A stretch of DNA of 64,000 nucleotides from an uncultured Corynebacterium sp. (GCF_946221155.1 NZ_CAMIAN010000002.1:20887-84886); one strand, 5' to 3'; shown: positions 28,337-38,982, counted from the first letter of the stretch. Notes: generated by a model from the sequence alone, not told the origin. A program made the numbers and translations.

Positions 28337-29419
28337 CTAGATATCGGAGGAGAAACGCACGCCACCGTCCGGCAGGCTAACCCCCGGCCACACGCGCAGA
28401 CCGTCACGCAGCTCGCAGCGAGCACCGATGACAGCCCCTTCACCGATCACGCAATCCACCAGGTGTGCTCGCGCGCCGATACGCACACCCGCCGCGATCA
28501 CGCAGCGCTCCACCGTCGCGCCTGCCTCGATCTGCACGCCGTCGAAGACCACGGACTCCTCCACTCGCGCGCCGCCGCCGATCTCCACGCCGCGGCCGAT
28601 CACGGTTCCACCCAGCAGCAAGGCACCACCGGCGATAGCGCTGGATTCGTCGACCAGGCTCTCACCGTGGCGTCCATCGAGCAGCGGCGAAGGAGCGATG
28701 CCGCGCACCAGGTCCGAGGACCCGCGCACAAAGTCCGCCGGCGTACCCATATCACGCCAATAAGACTGATCCACGTGGCCGAACACACGGGCACCGGACT
28801 CCAGCAGGCCCGGGAAGATCTCGCGCTCCACGCTGACCGGACGGCCGGCGGGGATCTTCTCGATCACGGAACGGTTGAAAACGTAGCTACCGGCGTTAAT
28901 TTGATCCGTCGGCGGATCCTCCGTCTTCTCCAAGAACGCGCTCACGCGGCCGTCGGCGTCCGTCGGTACGCAGCCAAAGGCCCGGGGGTCGGAGACGCGC
29001 AGCAGGTGCAGCGTTACATCCGCCTCCTGCTCCACGTGGGTCTCCAGCACAGCATTCAGGTCAGTCCCGCCCAGCACGTCACCGTTGAAAACCATGGCGC
29101 GGTCGTAACGCAGGTGGTCCAGCACGTTGCGGATGCCGCCGCCGGTACCCAGCGGCTCGTCCTCTACCACGTACTCGATCTCCAGACCCAGGTGGCTGCC
29201 GTCGCCGAAGTGCTCCTCAAAGACCTCGGCTTTAAACGAGGTGCCGAGCACCACGTGCGTCATTCCGGCAGCCTTGATGCGAGCCAGCAGGTGCTCCAGG
29301 AATGGCGCGCCCGCCACCGGCAGCATCGGCTTTGGGATGGAGTTAGTCAGGGGGCGCAGTCGGGTGCCCTTGCCTCCGACCAGGATCACTGCGTCGGTCG
29401 TGGCTGCGAGATCTACCAC
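28337..29419 (-). CDS. manC: mannose-1-phosphate guanylyltransferase (GDP-mannose pyrophosphorylase) with C-terminal left-handed beta-helix
   Basis: ILVGGKGTRLRPLT nucleotidyltransferase motif and a C-terminal hexapeptide-repeat region; same position as Rv3264c. Confidence 0.88.
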   Translation of the reverse strand: MVDLAATTDAVILVGGKGTRLRPLTNSIPKPMLPVAGAPFLEHLLARIKAAGMTHVVLGTSFKAEVFEEHFGDGSHLGLEIEYVVEDEPLGTGGGIRNVLDHLRYDRAMVFNGDVLGGTDLNAVLETHVEQEADVTLHLLRVSDPRAFGCVPTDADGRVSAFLEKTEDPPTDQINAGSYVFNRSVIEKIPAGRPVSVEREIFPGLLESGARVFGHVDQSYWRDMGTPADFVRGSSDLVRGIAPSPLLDGRHGESLVDESSAIAGGALLLGGTVIGRGVEIGGGARVEESVVFDGVQIEAGATVERCVIAAGVRIGARAHLVDCVIGEGAVIGARCELRDGLRVWPGVSLPDGGVRFSSDI

Positions 29420-29494
29420 TTCTTTGGCCTTTCTGTTCCTTACTGCTTCTTGCTATTGGTTTTCACACACTAGTCACTGTTTGCGCCGCGGCGT

Positions 29495-30364
29495 TCAACC
29501 CACGCCGTGCGCTGCCGCAATTGCAATCTTCTCACGGACCTTCAGACCAGCCTTCAGCATCATGCGCACCGGGAGGTAGCGCCATCCCGGTAGACGATCC
29601 GCCTGGAAGCGGTAGGCGCTGTCGTGGTGAGCCTTCAACACCACGTCCGGATGCTTGCCCGCTACGTGTCCCTTGGCGTGCCGGATCTCCGCGCTCGGGA
29701 CGAAGACATTTAGCCATCCTGCGCGCCCCAGCCGGTCGCCCAGGTCTACGTCTTCCATGTACATGAAGTACCGCTCGTCGAACCCTCCCAGGGCTTCAAA
29801 GGCGTCCCAGCGCAGCAGCAGGCAGGAGCCGCTGAGCCAGCCGGCGGTTCGCTCTCTGTCCATGTCTTCGTCGTCCAGGTAGCGCTTCGTCCAGGGGTTT
29901 GCCGGCCAGATCTTGCCCAGTAGCGCATGCCCAATGCCGGAACCGAGCTGTGGCACTGCGCGGGCGGATGGGTAGGCACTGCCGTCTGCTTCTACGATGC
30001 GGGGGCCCAGCGCTCCTGCTCGAGGATGACGCCGCGCCGCTTCCAATAGTTCATCGATCGCGCCGTCGCTAAACACGACATCGGGGTTGGAGATCACCAG
30101 GTAGTCCGGGTTGATCTCTCCGGCTTCGCGGGCCGCGCGCAGATGGCGGGCGCCGAGGTTCATCCCGGCCCCGTAGCCAACGTTGCCCCCGCTGTAGAGC
30201 AGCTCCGCACGTCCGGCCTCCGCGGCGGCCTCGGGAGTGCCATCAGTGGAGCCGTTGTCCACCATGACGACTCGCGCGTTGGTTGGCACCGAGTCCAGGA
30301 ACTTGTTTAGGTACTCCCCCGGTGAATAGGTCACGGTGATAATCGCGATGGGTGCCTCTGTCAT
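29495..30364 (-). CDS. wbbL: GT2 rhamnosyltransferase WbbL (cell-wall linker unit synthesis)
   Basis: GT-A fold with DxD and N-terminus IAIITVTYSP; same position as Rv3265c. Confidence 0.85.
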   Translation of the reverse strand: MTEAPIAIITVTYSPGEYLNKFLDSVPTNARVVMVDNGSTDGTPEAAAEAGRAELLYSGGNVGYGAGMNLGARHLRAAREAGEINPDYLVISNPDVVFSDGAIDELLEAARRHPRAGALGPRIVEADGSAYPSARAVPQLGSGIGHALLGKIWPANPWTKRYLDDEDMDRERTAGWLSGSCLLLRWDAFEALGGFDERYFMYMEDVDLGDRLGRAGWLNVFVPSAEIRHAKGHVAGKHPDVVLKAHHDSAYRFQADRLPGWRYLPVRMMLKAGLKVREKIAIAAAHGVG

Positions 30365-30375
30365 GGCCGTTGAGG

Positions 30376-31200
30376 TTACCCCAGGGCAGCCCGCAAACTA
30401 TCCCGCCACGCGGGCAGTCCGGTCGCTGGAATCTGCAGGGCACTGTTGTGGGGCCTGCGGGCGGGAGTGGGATATTCGCTGCTCGGTATGGCCTTCACTC
30501 GCGCTGGATCGTGGCCAAGTGTGGCGAAGATCTCGCGGGCGAAGCCACACCACGTGGTCAGTGGCCCGGAGCCGGTCACATGGCTGATCGCCGGTGTCTG
30601 CCGCCCGTCCACCATCGCCGCCAGCTCCGCTGCGAGCACGTCAGCGTGGGTGGGCCGACCGTATTGGTCGTCCACTACAGCGGGGTTCACGCCCGCCCGC
30701 GCGAGGCGCGCCATGGTGGTGGCGAAGTTGCGCCCCGCTGCGTCGTAAACCCAGCCTGTGCGGACCACATGGCCGCCGAGGTTCAACACCCGCCGCTCTC
30801 CCTCCAGCTTGCTGCGCCCGTAGGCGTTCAGCGGGCCGGGCTGACCATCGACCGGGTTTTCGCAGCCCACAGGTCGGTTGCCCGAGAACACGTAGTCAGT
30901 GGAGACGTGCCACATCGGCACTCCGTGCACCTGGGCCCAGGAGGCCATCCTCCCCGGGGCTACCGCGTTGACTTGGTACACGGTGTTCGCATTTTCAGAC
31001 TTCTCGGCGTCGTCAACGGCTGTGAATGCGGCGAGATTGACGATGGCTTCCACGTCAGATGGCGGCGTCAATAAGAAAGAATCCACAGACCCTGCAACGG
31101 CGAGGTCCGCGTGCGTACGCCCTACCGGCACAAAGTCGGGGCGGAGGCGCAGCAGGGCCCGGCCGACCTGACCAGAGGCACCGAAAACCAAAACACTCAT
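30376..31200 (-). CDS. rmlD: dTDP-4-dehydrorhamnose reductase
   Basis: MSVLVFGASGQVG Rossmann start and the RmlD pattern; same position as Rv3266c. Confidence 0.88.
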   Translation of the reverse strand: MSVLVFGASGQVGRALLRLRPDFVPVGRTHADLAVAGSVDSFLLTPPSDVEAIVNLAAFTAVDDAEKSENANTVYQVNAVAPGRMASWAQVHGVPMWHVSTDYVFSGNRPVGCENPVDGQPGPLNAYGRSKLEGERRVLNLGGHVVRTGWVYDAAGRNFATTMARLARAGVNPAVVDDQYGRPTHADVLAAELAAMVDGRQTPAISHVTGSGPLTTWCGFAREIFATLGHDPARVKAIPSSEYPTPARRPHNSALQIPATGLPAWRDSLRAALG

Positions 31201-31247
31201 AAAATCAGTACTACACCAGCGCCATCTTTGCCGCTAAAGTATGAACA

Positions 31248-32936
31248 ATGACAGAGCAGACAGGGCATGAGAGAAGCCGCCACTCACGGCGCATCCAGGC
31301 AGCTCCTGGTGGCGTAGAAGCCAAGCAGATCGGCCCCGGCTGGTCGCGCGGGGTGTTGGCTGCGGTCTCGGCGCTCGCGCTAGTGGTGATGGGCATCGGC
31401 TACATGACAGTCGGCAACCTCAACGACGGACTAGCCCAGGCAAACAACCTGAACCTCGGCAACCAGCCGGACGGGGCGACCGACATTCTGCTCGTCGGCG
31501 TGGATTCCCGTACGGACGCAAAGGGCAACCGGCTGTCCCAGAAGGAAATCGACATGCTCCGGGCTGGCGAGGAAGAAGCCACGAACACGGACACGATGAT
31601 CCTCATCCGCATCCCGAACGACGGTTCCTCAGCGACCGCGGTTTCACTGCCCCGCGACACTTATGTCAGCACCCCTGATAACGGCAACATGAAACTCAAC
31701 GGCGTCTATGGCACCGCCAAGTTCGACAAGTCGCAGGAGCTGGAGAAGGACAGCGACAACAGCGAGTCCGACATCGAGCAGAAGTCCACCGAGGCGGGTC
31801 GCCAGGCGCTGATCAGCTCTGTGGCGGACCTCACCGGCATCACCGTGGACCACTACGCCGAGGTCGGCCTGCTGGGCTTCGTGCTGCTCACCGATGCCGT
31901 CGGCGGCGTGGATGTGTGCCTTAAGGACAAGGTCGACGAGCCACTATCCGGCGCGAAGTTCAAGAAGGGCCGCCAGACGCTCGACGGACAGGACGCTCTG
32001 AGCTTCGTCCGCCAGCGCCATGAGTTGCCGCGCGGCGACCTGGACCGCATCACCCGCCAGCAGGCCTACATGGCCAGCCTGGCCAACAAGGTGCTGTCCT
32101 CCAAGACGCTGACCGACCCGGGCAGCATGTCTAAGCTCAACGACGCGGTGCAGCGCTCCGTGGTGCTGGATAGCGGATGGGACGTCATGGGCTTGGCCAC
32201 GCAGATGCAGAACATGGCCGGCGGCGACGTCAGCTTCCAAACCATCCCCGTCACCAGCATCGACGGCACGGGCGACTACGGCGAGTCCGTCGTGACGGTG
32301 GATAGCGACCAGGTCCACAAGTTCTTTGAGGATATGTTGGGCGACAAGCCGGGCGAGGAGAGCACTTCCTCCGATAAGCCCGCCGACATCACCGACTACA
32401 AGGCCAAGGACTACAAGGTCAACGTGTTCAACGCCTCCGAACAGGCTGGACTGGCCGCGCGCGTGTCGGACTTGGCTAAGGACTACGGCTACAAGTCGGG
32501 CAAGGTCGGCAACTACGCAGAGACGGGCATCTCGGAGTCTCAGGTGAACGCCAAGGACGCCGACGATCCGGCGGCCCGCGCCCTGGCAAAGCAGCTGGGT
32601 GGGCTGAACGTGGTGGAGGATTCCTCCCTGGACGAGCACGAGCTCTCCGTCACTCTGTCCGGCACCTACACCGGGCCGGGCATCCTGGAGCAATCCGCCC
32701 CACTGACCAAGCCGGACGACCCGAACGTCGGCACGCTCACCGAGGGCATCAAGGATCTCGACGGCGACGGCATCCCGGACGAGGACTCCTCCGCATCCCA
32801 GACCGGCACTGACACCACTGGCTCTGGCTCTAGCGCTAGCAAGCCCACCACCGTCGGCACCCCGGGTACCGGCCAGGGCACCGACCAAAAGGATCCGATC
32901 GACGCCGGCGGCGACGGTCCGATGTGTGTGAATTAA
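31248..32936 (+). CDS. LytR-CpsA-Psr (LCP) family cell-wall glycopolymer ligase
   Basis: N-terminal TM helix, the LCP domain (DILLVGVDSRTD...) and a LytR_C domain, with a C-terminal Asp/Thr/Gly-rich tail. Confidence 0.9.
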   Translation: MTEQTGHERSRHSRRIQAAPGGVEAKQIGPGWSRGVLAAVSALALVVMGIGYMTVGNLNDGLAQANNLNLGNQPDGATDILLVGVDSRTDAKGNRLSQKEIDMLRAGEEEATNTDTMILIRIPNDGSSATAVSLPRDTYVSTPDNGNMKLNGVYGTAKFDKSQELEKDSDNSESDIEQKSTEAGRQALISSVADLTGITVDHYAEVGLLGFVLLTDAVGGVDVCLKDKVDEPLSGAKFKKGRQTLDGQDALSFVRQRHELPRGDLDRITRQQAYMASLANKVLSSKTLTDPGSMSKLNDAVQRSVVLDSGWDVMGLATQMQNMAGGDVSFQTIPVTSIDGTGDYGESVVTVDSDQVHKFFEDMLGDKPGEESTSSDKPADITDYKAKDYKVNVFNASEQAGLAARVSDLAKDYGYKSGKVGNYAETGISESQVNAKDADDPAARALAKQLGGLNVVEDSSLDEHELSVTLSGTYTGPGILEQSAPLTKPDDPNVGTLTEGIKDLDGDGIPDEDSSASQTGTDTTGSGSSASKPTTVGTPGTGQGTDQKDPIDAGGDGPMCVN

Positions 32937-33517
32937 TGGATATTATCGCCCCACTTGTTGCCCAGGATCCGGCCAGCCCGCGCCTGACCACCTACACCCC
33001 GGCCGGCCGCATGGAGCTGTCCGCCCAGACCCTGCATAACTGGCAGTCGAAGGCCGCCCACCTGCTGGATTCGCTTGCCCCAGCCTCGGTAGGGATCGCC
33101 TGCGCCCCGGGTTGGCAGCCGCTCATGATTGTTCTGGGTTGCTGGCGGACTGGTGTTTCTATTGTGGACGCCGACTCTTGCGACGTGCTTTTTACCGACG
33201 ATTTAAACCTGGCGGCGGCCCACTCGGGTGAGGTTTTCGTACTCTCCGACGATCCTTTTGGCCGCGGCGTGGAGGAGTCCGGCGGTGAGTTGCCCTTCGG
33301 AGTGAACGACTTCTCCCCCGAGCTGCGCGTGCAGCCGGATGCTTATCCCGGCCCGGCGGCCGCCCCCGCCCCAGAAGGTCCGCGGGTGTTGGTTCCCGCG
33401 TGGACCGATACCCAGTCGATGCTGGATACGCTAAAGCCGCTGCGCGACGGCGGGTCGGTGGTGATGGCCACCGAGCCCACTGCCGAGATCGCAGCGGCGG
33501 AGAACGCGACTATTTAA
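32936..33517 (+). CDS. TIGR03089-like conserved protein (Rv3268 position)
   Basis: ATG overlaps the LCP TAA by 1 nt (taATGg). The 193-aa ORF is conserved downstream of the LCP gene in Mtb. Confidence 0.5.
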   Translation: MDIIAPLVAQDPASPRLTTYTPAGRMELSAQTLHNWQSKAAHLLDSLAPASVGIACAPGWQPLMIVLGCWRTGVSIVDADSCDVLFTDDLNLAAAHSGEVFVLSDDPFGRGVEESGGELPFGVNDFSPELRVQPDAYPGPAAAPAPEGPRVLVPAWTDTQSMLDTLKPLRDGGSVVMATEPTAEIAAAENATI

Positions 33518-34244
33518 CGTCCTTGCGTTGGTGGACGAGGAAGGCCCAGACCACAAGCACCAGAGTCCAAGCGCAGACAATTGCCACGCTGACCGGGGTG
33601 TCGTGCCCGCCGACGGAGACGTTGCCGCCCAGGATCATCCAAATGTTGTTGAACGGCAGGTAGGGCGCGATGTTGTCGGCAATCCATTGGCTGAGCTGTT
33701 GAGAGATCAGCTCCACCGCAGTCGCCCACACCAGCGGCAGCGCTACGGCGCCGGCCGGGGAGGGAATCAACACGCCGATCGCCGAGGCCATCAGGCTGAC
33801 CAGCCCGGCAAATAGGATCGTATAGCCCAGCAGCGGCAGCTGGTCTGTGTTCAGCTCCTGCGGCAAGGTCGCCACCATCGCCAGCGATACTCCTACCGCA
33901 ACAGCCATGGTCACCATCGCCAGGGCTGCGTTGACAAACATCTGCGCGAACAGCTGCTGCCAGCGGGCGGGGATCACCAAGAAGGACTGCGCATGCAGGT
34001 TGTGCCCGCGCGTACCGCTGACTCGCACGGCCGATAGCGACAGGATCAGCAAGTAAGCCGGCATAAGCCCCACGCCCAGCTCTGTCAGGCCGATCTCGGG
34101 CTCGTTCGCTCCGTATTCCGACTTGTAGTAGCTCAGAGTCAGTGCATTAGCACCGATGTAGAACAGCAGGACGAAACCCAGCATAATCCAGGTTCCCCAC
34201 ATGACGCGCGAGCGCGTCCATTCGCTGCGGATGATTCCTAGCAT
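33510..34244 (-). CDS. ABC-2 type transporter permease (copy 1)
   Basis: 244 aa with six predicted TM helices; coupled by a 1-nt overlap to the upstream ATPase. Confidence 0.8.
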   Translation of the reverse strand: MLGIIRSEWTRSRVMWGTWIMLGFVLLFYIGANALTLSYYKSEYGANEPEIGLTELGVGLMPAYLLILSLSAVRVSGTRGHNLHAQSFLVIPARWQQLFAQMFVNAALAMVTMAVAVGVSLAMVATLPQELNTDQLPLLGYTILFAGLVSLMASAIGVLIPSPAGAVALPLVWATAVELISQQLSQWIADNIAPYLPFNNIWMILGGNVSVGGHDTPVSVAIVCAWTLVLVVWAFLVHQRKDVK

Positions 34245-35176
34245 TACTGGCCCCTCCTGTCCTGAGTCTTGTACTCCACTGCCTGCCCGGTCGCGTCCAG
34301 GAACTTCTGTTCCAGGCCCGCGCGCTGCGGGGTCATCTCTAGCACCACAGCTCCGGTGTCGCGCGCCAGTTCGCCGAGGCGCTTGTCCAGGTCGGGGGCT
34401 TCGGAGGCGAACTCCAGGGAGCCGTCGGTTTGCCGTGTGAGGTTGACGCCATCCAAGCGTGAGGTGGCGTCCACAAAAGAATCGGGATCGGCCACGCGCA
34501 TCCGGATGGTGGGCTGGGCGCCCGTGCGCAGGAACTCATCCATGGTGTATTCGCCGATGAGGGAGCCCTTGCCAATGACGACAAGGCGGTCGGCGGTGAG
34601 TTCCATCTCGTGCAGCAGGTGGGAGCTGACCAGCACGGCGCGACCCTCGGCGGCACTGCGGCGGATCAGTCCGCGCATCCAGTGCACGCCTTCGGGGTCG
34701 AGGCCATTGACGGGCTCATCGAGGATGAGGTGCTGCGGGTCGCCCAGCAGAGCCACGGCCAGGCCCAGGCGCTGCTTCATGCCGAGGGAGAACTTCTTGA
34801 TCTTGCGCTTCTGCACCCCGGCTAGGCCCACCAGTTCCAGGCACTCGTCGGCGCGGGACTGCGAGATCCCGGCCGCCTGCGCGATGGAGCGAATGTGCGC
34901 CCGGGCGGAGTGACCGGGCATGTACCAGGTCGGTTCCAGCAGCGCGCCGGCGATGTGAGGACGCTGCGCGCGGTAGGAACTCAAAGGCTTGCCATTAAAG
35001 GTGACTTCGCCTTTACCTATCGTGTCGAGCCCCAGGATGCAGCGCATCGTGGAGGACTTACCGGAACCGTTCGGCCCCAGAAAGCCAGTGACCTGGCCAT
35101 CTGGAACCGAAAAAGTGAGCCCATGGAGAACCTCCGTGGACCCATACTTTTTCGTTAATTCTTTGACTGCGATCAT
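34244..35176 (-). CDS. ABC transporter ATP-binding protein (copy 1)
   Basis: Walker A GPNGSGKSST, signature LSLGMKQRL and Walker B LILDEP. Confidence 0.9.
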   Translation of the reverse strand: MIAVKELTKKYGSTEVLHGLTFSVPDGQVTGFLGPNGSGKSSTMRCILGLDTIGKGEVTFNGKPLSSYRAQRPHIAGALLEPTWYMPGHSARAHIRSIAQAAGISQSRADECLELVGLAGVQKRKIKKFSLGMKQRLGLAVALLGDPQHLILDEPVNGLDPEGVHWMRGLIRRSAAEGRAVLVSSHLLHEMELTADRLVVIGKGSLIGEYTMDEFLRTGAQPTIRMRVADPDSFVDATSRLDGVNLTRQTDGSLEFASEAPDLDKRLGELARDTGAVVLEMTPQRAGLEQKFLDATGQAVEYKTQDRRGQ

Positions 35177-35195
35177 GTCGTCAGGCTATCAAAAT

Positions 35196-35936
35196 CTATT
35201 TCACGTCTCTGGTCTTGTTGCTGTACAGCCCCAGGGCCAGCAGGACGACCATCCAGGCGATCATCACCGCGAAGCCGAAGCCGGGGCTGACCATGTCGGT
35301 GTGGTCCTGGGCGTAGATCCAGGTTTGCATGTCCTGCACGCGGCTGCCCGGGGACAGGTGATACAGCGTCTTCAGGAAGGAGATCTTGTCGCCCGCGGCG
35401 TACAGCAGCCCCTCGACCACCAGCATCCACACCAGGGGCAGCGCGATGGCACCCACTCGATTGCGCAGCAGCGCGGCGATGCCGACGGCCATCACGGCGA
35501 AAGCCGGGGCGCCCACCGCGTATCCCCACACGAGCAGCTGATCTTCGCCGGTGAAGTGCCCGGCCGGGAATACATTGAACACCGCCCAGCTGAGCGCCAG
35601 GCCGAGGATGTAGTTCAGCTCCACAAACACCGCCGCCACCAGCGCGCGGGCCAGCAGCCAGGAACTCCGGTGATTCTGAGTGAGGAACGCGTGGGCCGTC
35701 ATGCGGTTACTGATATCGCCGCCGGTCGTCGAGGCACCGAAGATAATGGCGATCATCAGGAAGATCATCCCGCCGAAAAGCAGGTCGGGCCAGCCGCCGT
35801 CCAATCGCGGGGAGTCATTGAAAAGCATGTACAGCGTCGTCGGGCCGTAGAGCGAGCCCGTGAACAGGATCAGGTATACCCAGGTGCTTCGAAGGCTGAG
35901 TAGCTTCGTAACTTCGGAGGAAATTGCTTTGAGCAT
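35196..35936 (-). CDS. ABC-2 type transporter permease (copy 2)
   Basis: 246 aa with six TM helices; paralogous to copy 1. Confidence 0.8.
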   Translation of the reverse strand: MLKAISSEVTKLLSLRSTWVYLILFTGSLYGPTTLYMLFNDSPRLDGGWPDLLFGGMIFLMIAIIFGASTTGGDISNRMTAHAFLTQNHRSSWLLARALVAAVFVELNYILGLALSWAVFNVFPAGHFTGEDQLLVWGYAVGAPAFAVMAVGIAALLRNRVGAIALPLVWMLVVEGLLYAAGDKISFLKTLYHLSPGSRVQDMQTWIYAQDHTDMVSPGFGFAVMIAWMVVLLALGLYSNKTRDVK

Positions 35937-35972
35937 GGTTTGTCTCTTTTCTATGCGGAGTCGGTGGCGGGG

Positions 35973-36908
35973 CTAGTTGCTGCGGTATTCCTGCTGGCCT
36001 GCGGTCGCGGCGAGGAAGCGCTGCTCCAGGTTGTCTGCGGTGGTTGCGAGCTTGGTCACCGCGAACTTCTCCTCCAGCGCCGTTGCCGCGATCACCGCGC
36101 GTACTTCGTGTTCTGGAACGTTGTTGACGCCCACACGCAGCGTCCGCTCCCGGTCCAGATCAACCTGGAAGCCGCGACTGCGAAGGCTGTCTGCCAACAG
36201 GACCGCTTCCTTGCACTCGACCTCCACGTGGGCGCCGCCAGCGAGGAACTCCTCCAGGGTTTGCTCACCGATGAGCTTGCCCTGGCCGATTAGCACCAGG
36301 CGGTCCGCGGTTTGCTGCATCTCGCTGAGCAAGTGGGAGCTAACCAGCAGGCCACGGCCGTCGTCGGCGAGTTGGCGGATGATGCGGCGCATCCAGGACA
36401 CGCCCTCGGGGTCGAGGCCGTTGACCGGCTCGTCGAGAATCAGGTGCTGAGGGTTGCCAAGGAGTGCAGCGGCCAGGCCGAGGCGTTGCTTCATACCCAG
36501 GGAGTAGCCACCGACCTTCTTCTTTCCCGCGCTCGTGAGGCCCACCATGTCGAGGCATTCGTCGACGCGCTTGTCGGAAATCCCGGCGCCCTTTGCGATG
36601 ACGCGCAGGTGGTTGCGGCCGCTGCGGGCAGGGGTGAACCAGGTGGCGTCCAGGACCGCGCCGGCGATGCTGGACTTGTTATCCAGACCTGCGAAAGCCC
36701 CGGCGTACCCCTTGCCGCTGAAGGTCACCTTGCCGGCGCTCGGCTTGTCGAGGCCGAGCATGCAACGCATGGTGGTGGACTTGCCCGCACCGTTGGGCCC
36801 GAGGAAGCCAGTCACCTGCCCGTCCGGGACGGTGAATGAAAGGTCGTTGACTACAGTTTTCTTGCCGTACCTCTTGGTGAGGTTTTCCACGATGATCATG
36901 GTTCCCAT
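35973..36908 (-). CDS. ABC transporter ATP-binding protein (copy 2)
   Basis: Walker A GPNGAGKSTT, signature YSLGMKQRL and Walker B LILDEP; about 60% identical in pattern to copy 1. Confidence 0.9.
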   Translation of the reverse strand: MGTMIIVENLTKRYGKKTVVNDLSFTVPDGQVTGFLGPNGAGKSTTMRCMLGLDKPSAGKVTFSGKGYAGAFAGLDNKSSIAGAVLDATWFTPARSGRNHLRVIAKGAGISDKRVDECLDMVGLTSAGKKKVGGYSLGMKQRLGLAAALLGNPQHLILDEPVNGLDPEGVSWMRRIIRQLADDGRGLLVSSHLLSEMQQTADRLVLIGQGKLIGEQTLEEFLAGGAHVEVECKEAVLLADSLRSRGFQVDLDRERTLRVGVNNVPEHEVRAVIAATALEEKFAVTKLATTADNLEQRFLAATAGQQEYRSN

Positions 36909-36967
36909 GCTGCCGCCCGGGGTGGTGCTCCCACATCGGACGAGGGGTTGATCTTGCGTGTCCTACC

Positions 36968-38128
36968 TCAGTATGAGGGCCCGCCCTCCCGCTCTTCAAT
37001 CGCCTGGTGATACTCGGCCAGCGCCTTAGTCTTTCGGACGTTGCGCTGGGCAAAGGTCTCACGCCCCAGCGGCCCCTCGGCCTCGGTGATCACGCTATGC
37101 CCGTCACCGTGGGAGGTCCACACCTCGTGCCCGTCGGGGTGCAGGGCAACGTCCCAGCTGCCGGCGGTCTTGAGGTTGTGATGCTTCGAGCAAAGCAAGT
37201 GTAAGTTTGCCGTGGACGTCGGTCCGCTGCCGTATCTCCGCACGTGGTCGTATTGGCACTTGTAGGCGGGAACCTCGCAGCCTGGGAAGCGACAGTGCAG
37301 GTCGCGCCCTGCTACGGCTGCCTTGATGCTCTCCGTCGGCGTGTACCCCTTGCACTCCGCGTAGCCCGGCGCGGACAGGTGCGTCACCCGCTGCAGCCAG
37401 GTCTTGGAGGCGGAGCGGTTCAGCCAGTGGTCCTCCCCCAGCACCGCACCGTCGTTTGCCGGGTCGTGGTACAGGTTCAGCGTCACCGAGACCTCGGCCT
37501 TGTCGGTAATTAACCGCAGCATTGCCTCCGGCTGCGAGCACTCGTACTTCTTGGCGGTAGCACGCACGATCTTGTCGATCTCAATGCCTTCCATCCGCGG
37601 AACCCGCAGCGTGAAAGTGGTGTACTCCGGGTCGCGGAAATCCACGTTAAAGCTCGGCTCAGTCGCGGTGGCCTCATCCTTAGGTATGACGTTCCGGTCG
37701 ACCTCCCGCAGAATCTGCGAAATGCGATTGTGGATAGTCCTCGGTGAAAACACGTGCTGGTCGGCACGTGAGGGCGTCAATACATCAAGAACCTTGCCCT
37801 CAACCCTCTCCCGATCGTCTGGCGATACAGGCAGCAAGTCCTGCGCCACCCGTAGCACGTGGCGGGCAGTGTAACACCCCTGATTGAACAGCTCGACGAG
37901 GCGCGGAAAGTCGCGTAATACGAAAGCGGCCTCGGCCCAGGCCTCCGCAACCCCGGCAGAAACCCCCAGGCGCACGGCGAGACGGGTACAAAAATCAGGC
38001 ACCAGGTCCTCCCCGTCCGGAGCACATGCCATTATCAGTTGAAATTGTTGTTGATTGAGCTGCCGTGCCGCGACGGTCAGCGGATCCTGCGAACTGGCTA
38101 TTCGAAACGATGGTGGTGAGGCGGTCAT
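36968..38128 (-). mobile_element. DUF222 + HNH endonuclease domain protein (REP13E12-like selfish element family)
   Basis: C-terminal HNH motif (CRFPGCEVPAYKCQYDHVRRYGSGPTSTANLHLLCSKHHNLK) and an N-terminal DUF222-like region. Start at the internal ATG, which has an AGGGGA SD. Confidence 0.75.
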
Positions 38129-38148
38129 GGAATTTCCCCTAATCCAGC

Positions 38149-38171
38149 GGCGAGGTTGTGGTGACCTCGCC
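38149..38171 (-). promoter_or_regulatory. perfect 8-bp inverted repeat GGCGAGGT-N7-ACCTCGCC immediately upstream of the HNH gene SD
   Basis: Read directly. A TTGACT...TATTCT promoter-like pair lies just upstream on the coding strand. Confidence 0.4.
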
Positions 38172-38298
38172 AAACTTCCTAACCAAAGAATAGAACACAC
38201 CATCAAACTAAGTCAATACACCCACCAAAACTTTTTTCTTTTTTATTGACTCCACCAGCTCCAACAGGGAAAACCTCCGTAAAGCTAAGGTAGAGATT

Positions 38299-38982
38299 TT
38301 AGATATTCTGTTCGAGTAAATCCTCAGAATTCACAAGGTGATGCTTGAACGCAAAAAGCACCGCGTGCACCCGATCGCGAGACTGGGTTTTAGTGAGCAC
38401 CCGGCCAACGTGCGTCTTCACGGTGGGCAGCGAAATGTAGAGCTTGTCGGCGATCTCCTGATTGCTAAGGCCCAGCGCGATGAGCTGCAGAATCTCCAGC
38501 TCGCGCGGGGTCAGCGGGTCGGGAAGATTCAGCTCCACGGGCTCGCGACGCTGTGGAGTCTGCTCCATGCGGATGCTACGCAGCAGGCGCGCGGTGGCCT
38601 TCGGACTGATCACGGCCGCAGAATCGCCGACGGTGCGGACGGCGGAGATGAGATCCTCGGGGTCGGTGTCCTTGAGCAGAAAGCCACTGGCCCCCGCCTC
38701 CACCGCGCCGAGGACGTAGTTGTCATTATCGAAGGTGGTCAACACGATCACGCGCGCGCCGGAATCACCGGAAACCACCTGGCGGGTCGCCTCGATGCCA
38801 TCCATGCGGGGCATCTGCACATCCATAAGGATGATGTCCACGGGCTGCGACTCTGCCAGCTCGCAAGCCTCCTGCCCGTCGGCGGCTTGCCACCGGACAG
38901 TAATGTCATCCTGCGAATCCAACACCAGGCCAAACCCTGCCCGTACCAGCTGCTGATCGTCGGCCAAACCTACGCTAATCAC
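38299..38982 (-). CDS. NarL/LuxR-family response regulator
   Basis: Receiver domain (ILMDVQMPRMDG) and a C-terminal LuxR HTH (LTPRELEILQLIALGLSNQEIADKLYIS). Confidence 0.9.
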   Translation of the reverse strand: MISVGLADDQQLVRAGFGLVLDSQDDITVRWQAADGQEACELAESQPVDIILMDVQMPRMDGIEATRQVVSGDSGARVIVLTTFDNDNYVLGAVEAGASGFLLKDTDPEDLISAVRTVGDSAAVISPKATARLLRSIRMEQTPQRREPVELNLPDPLTPRELEILQLIALGLSNQEIADKLYISLPTVKTHVGRVLTKTQSRDRVHAVLFAFKHHLVNSEDLLEQNI

